Assembly (NCBI RefSeq): GCF_963921235.1
Contig: NC_086097.1
Coordinates: forward strand, 20,958,001 to 21,022,000
Direction of reading: 5' to 3'
DNA length: 64,000 nucleotides
Source: Mobula hypostoma
Lineage: Eukaryota
Below the pieces are notes generated by a model, which was given only the letters and a program-made list of their open reading frames with translations, was not told the DNA's origin and did not search any database. Shown piece after piece: positions 13,179 through 26,647 of this stretch (within the stretch, counting starts at the first letter, position 1; each line of letters opens with the position of its first letter). Position numbers and translations under genes: made by a program.

Positions 13179-14794
13179 CTATTTAATAAACATGTATTTG
13201 TTACACAAGGGATATGAAGTAAAGCAAATTCGAAAAATTTAAGCACACATTTTTAAAATGTCAAACAATTTCATCACAAAAATATCAAAATTGGCACTTG
13301 CTGAGACATTGTACTGGGCAAGGCAAGTAACTTTACATGTTTTTCACAGAGATATTTTTCAATAATTGAACAGCTTCATACATTAATAACTTCCATAATA
13401 TTTAGCACTTTTGTTTCTGGGTCCAAATACACACAAGTAACATTACATGATATCTTTAATGCTGGAAAACAATTCAAGTTGTTTTTGCAAGAGAAAAATC
13501 ACTCGTTTGAAGCAGCAAGAGGAAACAGCCATACATTATAGAAAGAAATTCCACAGCTTAGGACCGAGTCAGTTGATAACACAGATCAATAGCAGTGCAA
13601 TGAAAATTCAGCGTTTGAGTAGGATAGAACTCTTAACTCAAGAGGCACAAACTTAATTTCCATCACAGCAGATGAGGAACTTAAATTAATGGATTAACTA
13701 AATCAGATAAAAAGCTACTCCCAGTAATAAAGGACTGAAATGAGATGTCAAATGTTTCCCAATTACTTTATGAGCAATTCCAGAGATATGATAGACTCAA
13801 TTATGCATGAAATGTCATAGCAAGCCAGTTACAACAAAACAATGGAAAATCCTGGAAAGGTGCCATAAGAAAGCAGCCTCCATCAAGGACCCCCATCTTC
13901 ACCATCCAGGCCATGCTCCCTTCTCACTGTTGTCATCGAAAAGAAGGCATAGGTGCCAGAAGTCCCACACCACCAGGTTCAGGAACAGTTATTACCCTAC
14001 AACCTTCAAGCTCCTGAACTGGCATGGATAACTTCTTTCACAACCCTGAACTGATTCCACAATCTATGGATTCACTTTCAAGGACTCTATAACACATGCT
14101 CTCAGTGTTATTTATCGTATTTGCACAGTTTGTCTTTTGCATATTGATTGTTTGTCAGTCTAAGTGTAGCTCTTCAGTGATTCTATTGTATTTTTATGTT
14201 CTGTGTATGCCTACAAGAAAATGAACATCAGGGTAGTATATGGTGACATTTGTGCTTTGATCATGCATTTATTTTGAACCTTGAGGTCAAAACCATTTAA
14301 ACAATCAGACATCGCCACAGCACCAGATTCAGACTGGCAAAAGCACACTCTCCACAGTCTAATTTCTCAGTCATATATCTATACAAATGTCTAGCTGAAA
14401 TTATAATCAGGGTTCACTGACAGAGACTGGTCAATAAAAAGTAACAAACATTCTCATACCACAACTTTCAGCCAAAACTGTAGCCTCTTCCACAACTATC
14501 CTAAGGTCTCAAGTCCCATTGAACAGAATGCAGAATATAGCATTATAGTTTCAGCCAAAGTGCAGTTGCCCCATATCTGGACTGTGCCTCAAAAAGGTGG
14601 CATTCATCGAGAACCCCCATCACCCTGGACCTTTTCTCATTGCTACCATTTTATGAACAGCTTCTTTCTTTCGCCAGATACCCGAATGGCTCATGAACAT
14701 ACCATTTTTCTCTCTTCTTATACTATTTTAAAATTTCTTATTGCAGTTTAGTATTTTTGTCTTGCTGCTACAATGTCAGTGATAATAAACCTGA

Positions 14795-14972
14795 GGTACA
14801 GTATGGTAACTGGTTCTTCCAGCCAAACCTCGCCTGTATGACTTTAGAATGCGGGAGGAAACTGGAGCACCCGGAGGAAACCCAGTCATGGAGAGAATGC
14901 ACAAGCTTACAGACAGTGGTGGGAATTGAACCTGTATCACTGGTGCTGTAACTAACTGCTATGTCACCCTTG
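14795..14972 (-). mobile_element. V-SINE-type tRNA SINE
   Basis: V-domain (reverse complement gggtttcctccgggtgctccagtttcctccc) and B box ggttcaattccc. Confidence 0.75.
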
Positions 14973-16139
14973 GGCAAGAGATAAAAGGTGATTGATGGAA
15001 AACTTCCTTACCCAAAGAATTAAGATTTGGATACTCTCCACGGATAGTGGAACCAAATCAGAGGTTTCAAAAAAAAAGATACACAATTGAGAAATATTTA
15101 TGGGGTTTTATGGGTAGAAAATGAGACTGACAGGATTGTTCCACTATTGTGTAACAGATACTCAATAGGGTGAATGACCTTTTGTGCTGTTACAAATCCA
15201 TTGTGAAATTCATCTTCGTTCTGTGGCTGGGCGGGAGACAGGAAACACTATTTATACCATTTTTGATTATTTCAGGGAGACATCTACCCAGAGAATTGAA
15301 GAATTTTAGAATTGTATACCTTGATAATAAAATGAACCTTTGAACATCTATAGTAGAATTCTTCACCTACTTTTCCCTCAGTATTTTTATCTTTAGTAGA
15401 CTGAAGTGTTCTGGGGCTGAGAGTGTAGAATCTTTACACTACTCATGCATGTCATACCATATAATTTAAACTAATATGTACTATTAATTCCATTTATTTG
15501 TTTTACTTCCAGAAACCTCTGATAAATCAATGCTTTGAACATTTTCATTGTCCAAGCACATCAAGGTACCAGCCCCAAATTTTCACCGACTTTCGTGGAG
15601 AGTGCCTTCTAAGCTATATAAATCAACCTTAATTTCAAGGTCATGTTCCTTTCTTATGGTCTTCCCACAAAGTGAGGCAGTTTATCTGTATCCACCAGCC
15701 TGATTGGATCATCCCAGGATTAATCTTTCATTGTCAATACCTCTGCATATCCAGCAACACCTTTCTGTTGCCATTCACATAAGAACATTTGTGGGGGGAA
15801 ACTGGCCAAATTGAACACACCAATCACATACACAAATCCTGCTCAGCAAAGCCCTTTTAACGAATCTTAGTCACTCTTCCTAATCTTTGAATTGGAAGAC
15901 TTATACCTGTCTGTACTTCTAAAGGGCAAATGATACATTTCTACATTAAAGACAAATAGAGATGGTCATTTCTAAGAGAATCTCTATAGCTTTGTTGTAC
16001 AAATGCAGAAGAAATTAAGTGGAATGCATGCTGGTGTTATTGTTAGACCTCAGCAGCATTATACTGCACTCTCATTTGTCAGTCTGCTTCTCAAAAAATT
16101 CACATTTACCTTGAAATACAGAGTGAAATGAATTCCCCT

Positions 16140-16455
16140 CCCTTTACTCACCACTGACCGTTCACCTCTCACCTGCCCATTCCGCCCCTTCCCTGGCCCT
16201 CCCCCTCCCCCCTTCACTTTCTCCTATGCTCCACGAACAGATTTGTTCTTCTCATCTCTTGATCTTTCCCATTCAACTGGCTTCCCTCATCACATTCCAG
16301 CTAACCTCCTTCCCCTTCCTCCCACTTTTTTTTTTACTCTGGCATCTTCCCTCTTTCTTCTCAGTCCTGAAGGGTCCCAGCTCGAAACAGCAACTGTTTA
16401 CTCATTCCCATAGATGCTTGCTGACCAGCTGAGTTCCTCCAGCAGGTTTGTGTTA
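16140..16455 (+). mobile_element. Degenerate Penelope-like element terminal repeat
   Basis: Pyrimidine-rich tract, then a damaged hammerhead motif (cagtcctgaagggtcccagctcgaaac) and gagttcctccagca. Confidence 0.65.
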
Positions 16456-16638
16456 CAATGAAATGCATTGGTTGTGTAGTCAAATAACACACCCAAGGGT
16501 GCGCAGGAGGCAGCCTGCAAGTGTTGCCATTCATTGCAGTGCCAACAGCATGCCCACAATGTTCAGCAAAACACTAAGCAACAGTACAGGAAAACAACCT
16601 CTAAAGAAAATTAGTAAAATTTAGGGCGATTTACTCAC

Positions 16639-16793
16639 TTGAATGTCCAGTTATAGTCATAGGATACTCTCTCCATTATATCAAACTTTGCTCCAGGAAC
16701 ACTGCAGATGGGCCGGTTCCAACTGTCTCGAATTCTCATGTACAGATTTCTGGTGTAGAAATTTTCAAAATCTTGATACAAAGGTACAAAGTC
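16639..16793 (-). CDS. SPTLC2: SPTLC2 coding exon 3 ([52 protein letters not shown])
   Basis: Manual minus-strand translation; not in the ORF track. Acceptor tttatag, donor gtgagt. 155 nt, phase 0/2, in frame with the flanking exons. Confidence 0.96.
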
Positions 16794-18576
16794 CTATAAA
16801 GGATGAATTTCAGATTATTTCAAAGTCAACTCTTTCACAATTTTATACAACAGAAAAAAATACTTTCCTACAATTTAAAATACTTAATGCAGTTACAGAA
16901 GGCTGTGAAGTCCAAATCATTGGAGGATTAAAGCAGAGATTAATAGGCTCTTGATTAATAAGGGTATCAATCATGAAAGAACTGTGATAAGAGGGAAATA
17001 AATCAGCCATAATGGAATGGCATAGCAAATCATGGGCTGAATGCCCAATTCTGCTCCTTTGTCTATGGTCTCATACTTAAAATCAACTAATCTCCAGTTG
17101 GTAAAATAATAAGTATCTACTTGATAGAGAATAAGTAAATGCAAGAACTCTCAACAAACACTTCATGCCTTAGAAAGGGAGTTTCAACTAGATACAAAAC
17201 ACTTCATTCTGAAGACTCAAGGTTGAAATATTCTGCTAAGTATTTGTTATGCATCTCCCACAACAAATGGAAAGGAATTTACACTATTACCTAAAATCAT
17301 ACAGAAGACCTGATTTTATTCGCAACATATTAAATAATCACATCTAAAAATTGAATTTTAGGAAGAAATGCTTGCACCATAACACATTGGGAATCATACA
17401 ACAGCAATTGATTCAATGGATTTCTATTCTGGTGGAACGCAATTTGCTTCTCAATAAAATTTTTCCTGTCTATTACATCAAATGGCATGAGGTTTCAGGT
17501 GAATTACATGCCTGACTACTAAGAAATTATGATGCCAGCATCCAACACGCAGATTCAGAAGCATACGTCCTATTTTCAATACTGCACTGTTTGTCAAGAT
17601 AGCTTCAAGTCATTGACAAGAAATGGTGTGAAAAATAGTCTCTCCAATAAAGAAACCCAAGATTGCTCTCTACACTGAGAAAGTCGAATGTAGCAAATGT
17701 GAGAAGCAGGCCATTTGACCCCTCAAGTCTGTCACTCATTCAAAACTCTAGCTGATCTCTAGTCTCATTACCATAGTGCTGCACTCCCCCAGTTGCCACT
17801 GATGCCATGTGTAATCATTTATCAACATCAAATATTCCACCAAGCCTTCACTGCCTTTTGTGGTAGAAAATTTCACAGGTTCATCACTCTAAGTGAAGAA
17901 ATTTCTCTTCACTTTAGCCCTAAATGGTTTAACCTACATCCTAAGGTTTATCTGTTGTTTTAAAACACTCCCCTCCCCCCTCCCCACCATATAGGGCAAA
18001 CATCTCCACATCTAGTCTGTTAAACATCAGAATTTTGTATATTTCTAAGATATCCCTTCATTCTTCTGAAATCTGAACATAGTCCAGTCTCTCCCTACCA
18101 CAGCAGTACAATCATCCATGGAATCAGTATGGTGAACCCTCACTGGATTTCTTCTCCAGCAAATATACCCTTTCTTATGTAACTAAACAATACTGCAAGT
18201 GTGGTCTTACTAAAGCCCACTATAACCAAACAAGAACTCTTTGTTCCTGTAGTCAAAACCTTTTGCCAAGGCTGAACTACAATTTGTCTTCCTTACTGCT
18301 CAAGGTCCAATATGTAAATACAACTGTTCTTGAACCAAAAGGTAATCAACAATTCATTTTTAGTCCTGCATAACACTGCACTTAGGTTTCTTGAGTCACT
18401 GATCACCAACTAGACTGAGTCACTCTAATTACACAATATGCATATGAAATAGTAAAAACACTCCTTTATACCCTCATTACTAAACACATTTCAATTCTCC
18501 TGCAATTATGTCACAACTCCACAGTCATCTTAAGCCACATGACACAGTGAGTTACTGGATTATTTACAACCGTAAC

Positions 18577-20113
18577 AATCATAGAAACCATAGAAAAACT
18601 ACAGCACAGAAACAGGCCTTTTGGCCCTTCTTGGCTGTGCCGAACCATTTTCTGCCTAGTCCCACTGACCTGCACACGGACCATATCCCTCCATACACCT
18701 CCCATCCATGTATCTGTCCAATTTATTCTTAAATGTTAAAAAAGAACCCGCATTTACCACCTCGTCTGGCAGCTCATTACATACTCCCACCACTCCGTGT
18801 GAAGAAGCCCCCTCCTAATGTTCCCTTTAAACTTTTCCCCCCTCACCCTTAACCCATGTCCTCTGGTTTTTTTTCCACCCCTTGCCTCAGTGGAAAAAGC
18901 CTGCTTGCATTCACTCTATCTATATCCATCATAATTTTATATACCTCTATCAAATCTCCCCTCATTCTTCTACGCTCCAGGGAATAAAGTCCTAACCTAT
19001 TCAACCTTTCTCTGTAACTGAGTTTCTCAAGTCCTGGCAACATCCTTCTAAACCTTCTCTGCATTTTTTCAACCTTATTAATATCCTTCCTGTAATTTGG
19101 TGACCAAAATTGAACATAATACTCCAGATTCAGCCTCACCAGTGCCTTATACAACCTCATCAAAACATTCCAGCACTTATACTCAATACTTTGATTAATA
19201 AAGGCCAATGTACCAAAAGCTCTCTTTACGACCCTATCTACCTGTGACGCCACTTTTAGGGAATTTTGTATCTGTATTCCTCGATCCCTCTGTTCCACTG
19301 TACTCCTCAGTGCCTTACCATTTACCCTGTATGTTCTACATCGGTTTGTCCTTCCAAAGTGCAATACCTCACACTTGTCTGTATTAAACTCCATCTGCCA
19401 TTTTTCAGCCCATGCTTCCAGCTGGTCCAAGTCCCTCTGCAGGCTTTGAAAACCTTCCTCACTGTCCACTGCACCTCCAATCTTTGTATCATCAGCAAAT
19501 TTGCTGACCCAATTTACCACATCATCATCCAGATGATTGATATAGATGACAAATAATAATGGACACAGCACTGATCCCTGTGACACACCACTAGTCACAG
19601 GCCTCCACTCAGAGAAGCAATTCTCTACCACCACTCTTTGACTTCTTCCATTGAGCCAATGTCTAATCCAATTTACCACTTCTCCATGTATACCTAGTGA
19701 CTGAATTTTCCTAACTAACCTCCTATGCGGGACCTTGTCAAAGGCCTTACTGAAGTCCATGTAGACAACATCCACTGCCTTCCCTTCATCCACTTTCCCG
19801 GTAACCTCCTCGAAAAACTCCAATAGATTGGTCAAACATGACCTACCACGCACAAAGCCATGTTGACTCTCCCTAATAAGTCCCTGTCTATCCAAATGCT
19901 TGTAGCTTCTGTCTCTTAGTACTCCCTCCAATAACTTATCCACTACCGACGTCAAACTTACCGGCCTATAATTTCCCTGGATTACTTTTCGATCCTTTTT
20001 TAAACAACGAACAACATGAGCCACTCTCCAATCCTCTGGCACCTCACCCGTAGACACCGACTTTTTAAATATATCTGCCAGTGCCCCTGCAATTTCAACA
20101 CTAGTCTCCTTCA
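18577..20113 (-). mobile_element. CR1 LINE, young and 5'-truncated, same subfamily as 6530-9068
   Basis: 422-aa RT ORF at 18849-20117. Near-identical by eye to ~6530-8050. Repeated tttctatg tail. Confidence 0.95.
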
Positions 20114-22879
20114 ACATCCATTATCTGTCACATTTAAAGCCCTCCCCACCATTGGACACATCTACAAGGAGCCCTGATGCTGGAAAGCAGGATCTATCAT
20201 CAAGGAACCCACCAAGGCTATGCTCCCTTATTACTGCCATTAGGGAGGTGGCACAGGAGCCTTAGATCCCACTCCAGAGTCAGGAATAGTTATTACCCTT
20301 CAACCACTGGACTCCTGAAAGAGTGGATAATTTCATACACCATGACTGAATTGATTCCACAACTTACAGACTCATTTTCAAAGATCCTACAACTAATATT
20401 CACAATATTATTACTATTATGGTATTTATTTTTGCATTTGCACAATTTGTCATCTTTCGCACATTGGTTGTTGTCCATCTTTGTTGTGTGCAATTTATCA
20501 TTAATTCTATTGTGTTTCTTTGTCTTTATTGTGAATGCCTACAAGAAAATGAATCTCAGGGTAATATGATGATGCATGTACTTTGATAATACATTTACTT
20601 TGATCAGAAGTAATCCCAGCTGGGGATCTTATAGTAAAGTTAAAATAAATTATCTTAAATGATTAAACTGTCATAAAGGTTTTCTTCTTCAAATAAATTT
20701 ACTTTCCTTGCCATCCCAGTCTAGAAGAATTTGAAATGCCACTAATTAATTTGGCTTCAAACTACCGAAGAAATTAACCTAGATGTTAATGATTGGTGTC
20801 CAATTAAATTCTCAGACCAAGTTAGTCACCTGATGCCATTACTCTGTGTATGTTCCACAAACAAGAGCCAACTATTCTAAGATTTGATTCCAGAGATGAC
20901 TGGGCACAGGAGTTATCTTTATGGTGCAGATCAGTGTAGATTTTATCTTGAGAATGGGTAGTGAAACTCGCAAAATAAGATACAAAATTAATCCAAATGA
21001 CAGCAAGCTGCCTAAAAGTGCAAAAGATTTGGATCAGGAAGTATTGCTGCCAAATTTGATCAGTCACTTGCTCCCATTAGACCTGTAATATTTTGGTCTT
21101 CACAACACATATCAAGTAGTGGCTCCAATTTTAGGATGGCAATGGGAGGACACACTTGTGGAAAAAGACTTCCATCATGGTTCAACAGAAAATTGTGGAC
21201 AATGTGGTCAGCATGAATGAGTGGGCTGAAGATCCTGTATCACTACCTTAACAGTATAAGAATTCAAGATCAGTTACCCCACTGTACTTCTTGCTCACAA
21301 CAGCAACTCCTAATTACAGAAACAACTGGGGATAATCATATCCTGAAGGCTGGGTGTGGCAGCTCCCATATCCCCAATTTTGTTCAGTACAAGAACAGCA
21401 AACATGAACCAAATACTTAAAATTTCAGATCAAAGACCAAGATCATCAGCTAAGAGATTAAAAGATTCACTCTTCACAAATGCTGGCAGGCCTGCCAAAA
21501 ATATCCAGCATTTTACTCTTTCTTTCAGGTTTTCAGCATCTGCAGCAGTGCTCTTTTGAATTCAGGTAGCTATAAACATTTATGATATTAAATAGTCTCC
21601 AAGGCTTATTGAAAGGAACTCTCAAAAGTTGGATGATGACATTATAAAAGATTAATGCTACTGAATTGAATTGACTTTACTTCTTACATCCTTCACATAC
21701 TTGAAGAGTAAAAAATCGTAATGTCACGTGGTTAGTTACCTTGGAAAAAACTGGAAAGGTTTACACACAACAGGTTAAAAATGGTGAAATGTAAATTTAG
21801 AATTGATGCAATCAAGTCAGAAGGTCAAAACTCCTCTACCTGGTTCTCTACTGCTATAACATTACCCAAATTCCTTAGAAGCCTCCATGTCAAAAGCCTC
21901 ACTAATCGGTGGTAGGAGGGAAGATAGTTTATTCAAAGCCTAAATCAAGCTCCAGTTGGTTAATTTGATTTATTGTTTATTTAACTGTTAAAGTACATGC
22001 AAGTCCTAAATCTTGACAAACAAGGTTCTACTCATGAATTTGAAATTGAGATGGATAAGGTAAATGTTCTCAATTCATATCCATTTTGTGAAGTACAAAT
22101 CAGAATAAAAGATAATACAAACTCTTTTCAAGAATGAAGGAAGTAAAGCAAATTCATTAAAAGTTGTTTGGTTACTTTTTGGAATGAAGAGGCCAGCTGG
22201 CTTTGGCCAGATTTCTGTTTTTACATCAACAGCAATCAAGTCAGTAGTATGTTCTTCCTGCGGGGAAACTTCAGAACAATGCATTTTTAGACATCTTATT
22301 CTCGGAAAAATTTAAATAAATATGGTAAGTGAGGAAAACCCACTGATAAATGCAAACTACATCCCTCCACCCAAACAGCAGTGAATCACAATCTCACGAC
22401 TTACTGTAAACCTCAACTCATTTAGGAAAGAGATAAATCTTTGCCATGTCCTGCAAAACACGTTATACTTCAAATGACGACAGTTCAGTGGCTATAATGG
22501 CAATCTAAAAACAATTGTATTTCTGTTTTCCTACTTTATATTCTAACGTTATAATCTTACAATGAATTCAGTATTTGCTAATAATACTGGATATAAATAG
22601 AGAATAGTTTACCTTTTATCCAACTGCACTTCAAAATCACTATCTACATTTTAAGCACTCAATACTGCAGCCTGAAAGGATAATTACACTCCTCAGCAGA
22701 GCCCCAGCTATCATCACATCCTTTTAATTATAGCAAGTTTCGTTCTGACAAAGCTATGTAATTAGAAAAAAGAACATTCTTCACCTAACTGCATCAATAA
22801 GTTGTGTGGCTGAATCTGAGGGGATGCCATACAGTTCCTTGATGCCAGACAGAATCAAGGTGGAAGGAGGCAACATAAT

Positions 22880-23095
22880 GACTGGGGCACTTCTTCCTGT
22901 GCACTGTTCACCAATATGTTTACAGTAAGGCACAGAAAAGCATGGACTCTTCTCAGGATCTGCCATATCTTTCCACATCTCAAGAGCTGCCTTGATGAAA
23001 TCCATCACTGCCTCCAATACGCCTGCACAGCTTTCGGTTGATTGAGGAATATAGTGCTTGAAGATTAAAAGCTCAGACCTGGCACGAAACTGGAT
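22880..23095 (+). mobile_element. Ancient RTE (BovB-like) LINE remnant
   Basis: One frame reads HIFPHLKSCLDEIHHCLQYACTAFG*LRNIVLED*KLRPGTKL, resembling the RTE motif FPYLGS...DDEIQHRL..AS.AFGRLRKRVFED..LR..TKL. Confidence 0.6.
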
Positions 23096-24042
23096 TGACT
23101 ACTTTGATGGTGGTAATCTCTGCTCTAGTCTAAGTGGCAACTGGGCCAGGACTTTCCATAAACCAATAGAATATTGAATAGTAAATAGAACAGGCCCTTT
23201 GGCCCACAATTCAGTGCTGACCCTTTAACCTACCCTGATCCATGTAACCTTGCCCTCCCATATAACCCTCTTTTTGTTTCATCATGTACCTATCCGAGTC
23301 TCTTAAACACCCTTAACGTATCTGGCTCTACTGCTGATCCCAGCAGTGTATTCAATGCCCCGCCCGTGTAGGGGGAAAAAAACTACTTTTGACATCCTCC
23401 AATACCTTATGCCCCTTCATAGTAGCCATTTTCACCCTGGGAAATAGTTTTTGGCTGTCCACTATGCATGCCTCTTATCCTGTACAACTGTAAATGGTCA
23501 TAAGGATGTAATTTACCTCTCACCATCCCCTTTCCCCCGATACACAAGCAGTATTGAAGACTAATCAATCTTCTTTATTTCCCCGTGATACTTAGAGCAC
23601 AGTTTCAGTTTTGGGAATCTTGTGTACAAATGACATTGTCTGCCCATTGAGCCTCAATCCAGGGATGTTAGTCAGGAAAGAATGCTAACATGGGCTCCCT
23701 TATCCTTCCAATCTCCACCCCCACCCCCCCAGAGGTTGATTAGACCATAAGATATAGGAGCAGAATTAGCCATTTGGCCCATTGAGTCTGCTCTGCCATT
23801 TCATCACAGCTGATCTATTTTCCCTCTCAGCCCCAATCTCCTTGCCTTCATCCAATATCCATTAGTGCCCTGACTAATTAAGAATTTATCAACCTCTGCC
23901 TTAAATATACTTAAAGACTTTGCCTCCACAGCTGCCTGTGGCAAAAAAATTCCACAGATTCACCACTCTGACTAAAGAAATTCTTCTTCATCTCCTTTCT
24001 AAAGGAGACCCCTCTATTCTGAGGCTGTGTCCTTCAGCCTTA

Positions 24043-24588
24043 AGGCTGATTCACACTTGTGCATACTAGCTTGCGCCATAGCCTACGCAAGTGGGATACG
24101 CCGTTGTGAGCATTTATACTGGTGCGTTGGTGTGTCCGCGTCGCTCTGCAATTCGGACACGTTCACGTATGTGCACATCATGTATTCACACATCACGCAT
24201 GTGCACACACCTGCCCGTGCAAGGCTTCATGGTCATGGTAGTCTTTCTCGGGGTAAACAAGTTTAAAGAGAGCTTCTTTTTTCGTAAAAGCGAAATGTGT
24301 CCTCCATAATTTCGGAGGTCTGTAAAGCTTTATGGAAAGCATTGCAGCCAGAGTTCCTTCCCTGCCCTTCAGTCGCCCAATGGGAAGCCATTGCAGCGTA
24401 GGAGGAAATGCAATGCTACCAAGCAGACCAATCACAGTTGTTGCAGTCTGCGTTGCTGCGACGCGTAGTTACATTTTGGGAGAGGTGCACGTCAGGCTAC
24501 GGCGTAGGGATCCACGTAGGCACTGCATGGGGTTTGCGGCTACGCCATACCTACGGCATCGATTTGATGCACAAGTATAAATCAGCCT
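24043..24588. mobile_element. PIF/Harbinger-type MITE (546 bp) inserted in a CR1 3' tail
   Basis: TIRs aggctgatt(c/t)a(c/t)acttgtgcat. 3-bp TTA TSD at 24040-24042 and 24589-24591. No transposase. Confidence 0.85.
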
Positions 24589-25174
24589 TTAGACTCCTCC
24601 ACCACAGGAAGCAATTTTGCACATCCATTCTAGTAGAGAACTCTTCAGGACTTTGCATGATGGTGCACATCACTGATTTTATAAGATTAGATACTGGTGA
24701 AACACCAATACCAGTCATGGAAAAATAAAAGACTGCCAATATGCCTGGGCCAGTTTCACAATAGGAATGATTTGACCTGGAATGCTAATGATAGCTGACA
24801 GATTTCAATTTTACAGCAGAGAAAACAAACTAATGTAATCCAGATTCTAGGTCATTTTCTGGAAATGAAACTTTAAGGGGCAGCACCACTTTATTACGTG
24901 ATTGGTACCAAAACTCTCCAAGATTACAAGGCACAGAAGGACTGTAGGTGGCAACTCTGTACCACTAATGGCCACATTTTTATGATACAACTTGGCATTG
25001 ACAATACTGATAGACTGGTGCTGCAAGACCCAGACTGGTGATACAGGCTCCTAATGGGCATTCCATGCAGACATTTTTGGACTTCAGGTATGGATCTAGC
25101 TTTTGTATTGACAGCAATAATTATCGTGCAAACTAAAGTCTCTAATTTGCACAAGATTTTGCAGATCCTTAAAA

Positions 25175-25605
25175 TCCAGAGCAACAAACACAAAATGCTG
25201 AGGAATGTAGATTAGGCAGCATCTTTGACATGGAATAAACAGTCGACATTTCTGAACAAGACCCTTCATCAGGACTGGAAAGAAATCAGTGCAAGAAGGT
25301 AGGGAGTGGGGAAACAGTGCACGTCAGCAGGGGATAGGTGAAGCTTGGAAAGATGGGTGAATGGAGGAGGGAGGATGAAGTGAGAAGCTGGTGGTGATAG
25401 GTGGAAGAGGTAAAGGGCTGAAGAAGCAATCTAATAGGAGAGGAGAATGGACCGTGGGAAAAAGGGAAGGAGGAGCACCTATTGAAGCAATGGGCAGATG
25501 ACGAGATGAGAAGGGGGAAGAGGGGAGCCAGAATTGGAAATGGATAAAGAGAGCAGGGGAGGAGGCGGGGGGGGGGGGGGAGGGGAAGAGGATGGACAAA
25601 TTGTT
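25175..25605 (-). mobile_element. Penelope-like element terminal repeat
   Basis: Purine-rich tract. Hammerhead-like motif (reverse complement ccagtcctgatgaagggtcttgttcagaaatgtcgactg). Conserved end caaaatgctg. Confidence 0.75.
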
Positions 25606-26647
25606 GGAAAATTTTCTCTCCTTAATGCAATTGTTTTAAAAATATTGATGCTACATATTCAGAATTTTGATTGGGGTTTGGCAAGTTAAATGTAAATAAA
25701 GAGCAAGAGGGAAAGTGACAAGCAAAATCAGATAGATTAACAATGGCTTTCATATGAAACTGAGAATTACAACTGATTGGTCAATGTGGAGTTTTCCATA
25801 AATGGAACTTTAATTTTAATGACAAACTTGAGCTTTGGGTTACTGGCACATTGCAAGAGAAGCAAAATCAAACAAACAAGGTTTTAAAAACATCAGAAGT
25901 GCTGAGATTTCAGGAAATGTTTGTTCAGAGATCTGTAAGAGATTGCTCAGAAACTCACATCCTCTCTTCCTGCAATTTAGCAGGTTGGAGAGGAAATCCT
26001 TTCAAATGACCAAGTTTTACAACTTGTAAACATTGTATGGGGTAAATTGAAACGTACAAAATGCATTAATTCTAAGATAGATATCAACCACCCAAAGATT
26101 ATACAAAATTCCAATAGCTCTTAAACTTTGCTTGCCGATCATTTGTTTGTGTTGGATCTAACAGATGCCCACAGAAAGAGGATTTTACCTACATGTTCCC
26201 TACAGATAACTCAATTTTTAGGCATTTGTTTAGGACACAAAACACCAAGAAATCTGTAATTGTTCTGGAGGTAATGCTGAGGTCAGTGGGATGGTGCGGT
26301 TGATATACAAGAGGAGATTGGAAATGCTCAGTAGGATAAAAAGATGAGTTACCTACATTAACTCAGAAAATATACCAAAACCTGAACCTCAACGTTCTTA
26401 GCAGAACTGACAATTGGCTGACTGCATCTTGGGCCTGATCAGTGAAGCCCTACCCGATGTCAGGTCTTTGTACTAAGTTACATAAAATGCTGGAGGAATT
26501 CAGCAAGTCAGGCAGCATCTACAGAGGGGTATAAACAGTTGACATTTCAGGTCAAGACCCATCAGGACTAGAAAAGAAAGGGACAGAAGACTGAATAAAG
26601 TGGGGGCGAGGGGGAGGAGGGGAAGTAGTACATGCTGGCAGGCGAGT

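Noticed and set aside
9371..20113. Inverted CR1 pair driving exon 3-4 circularisation
   Set aside because: The plus- and minus-strand CR1s belong to clearly diverged subfamilies, so stable pairing cannot be supported by eye.
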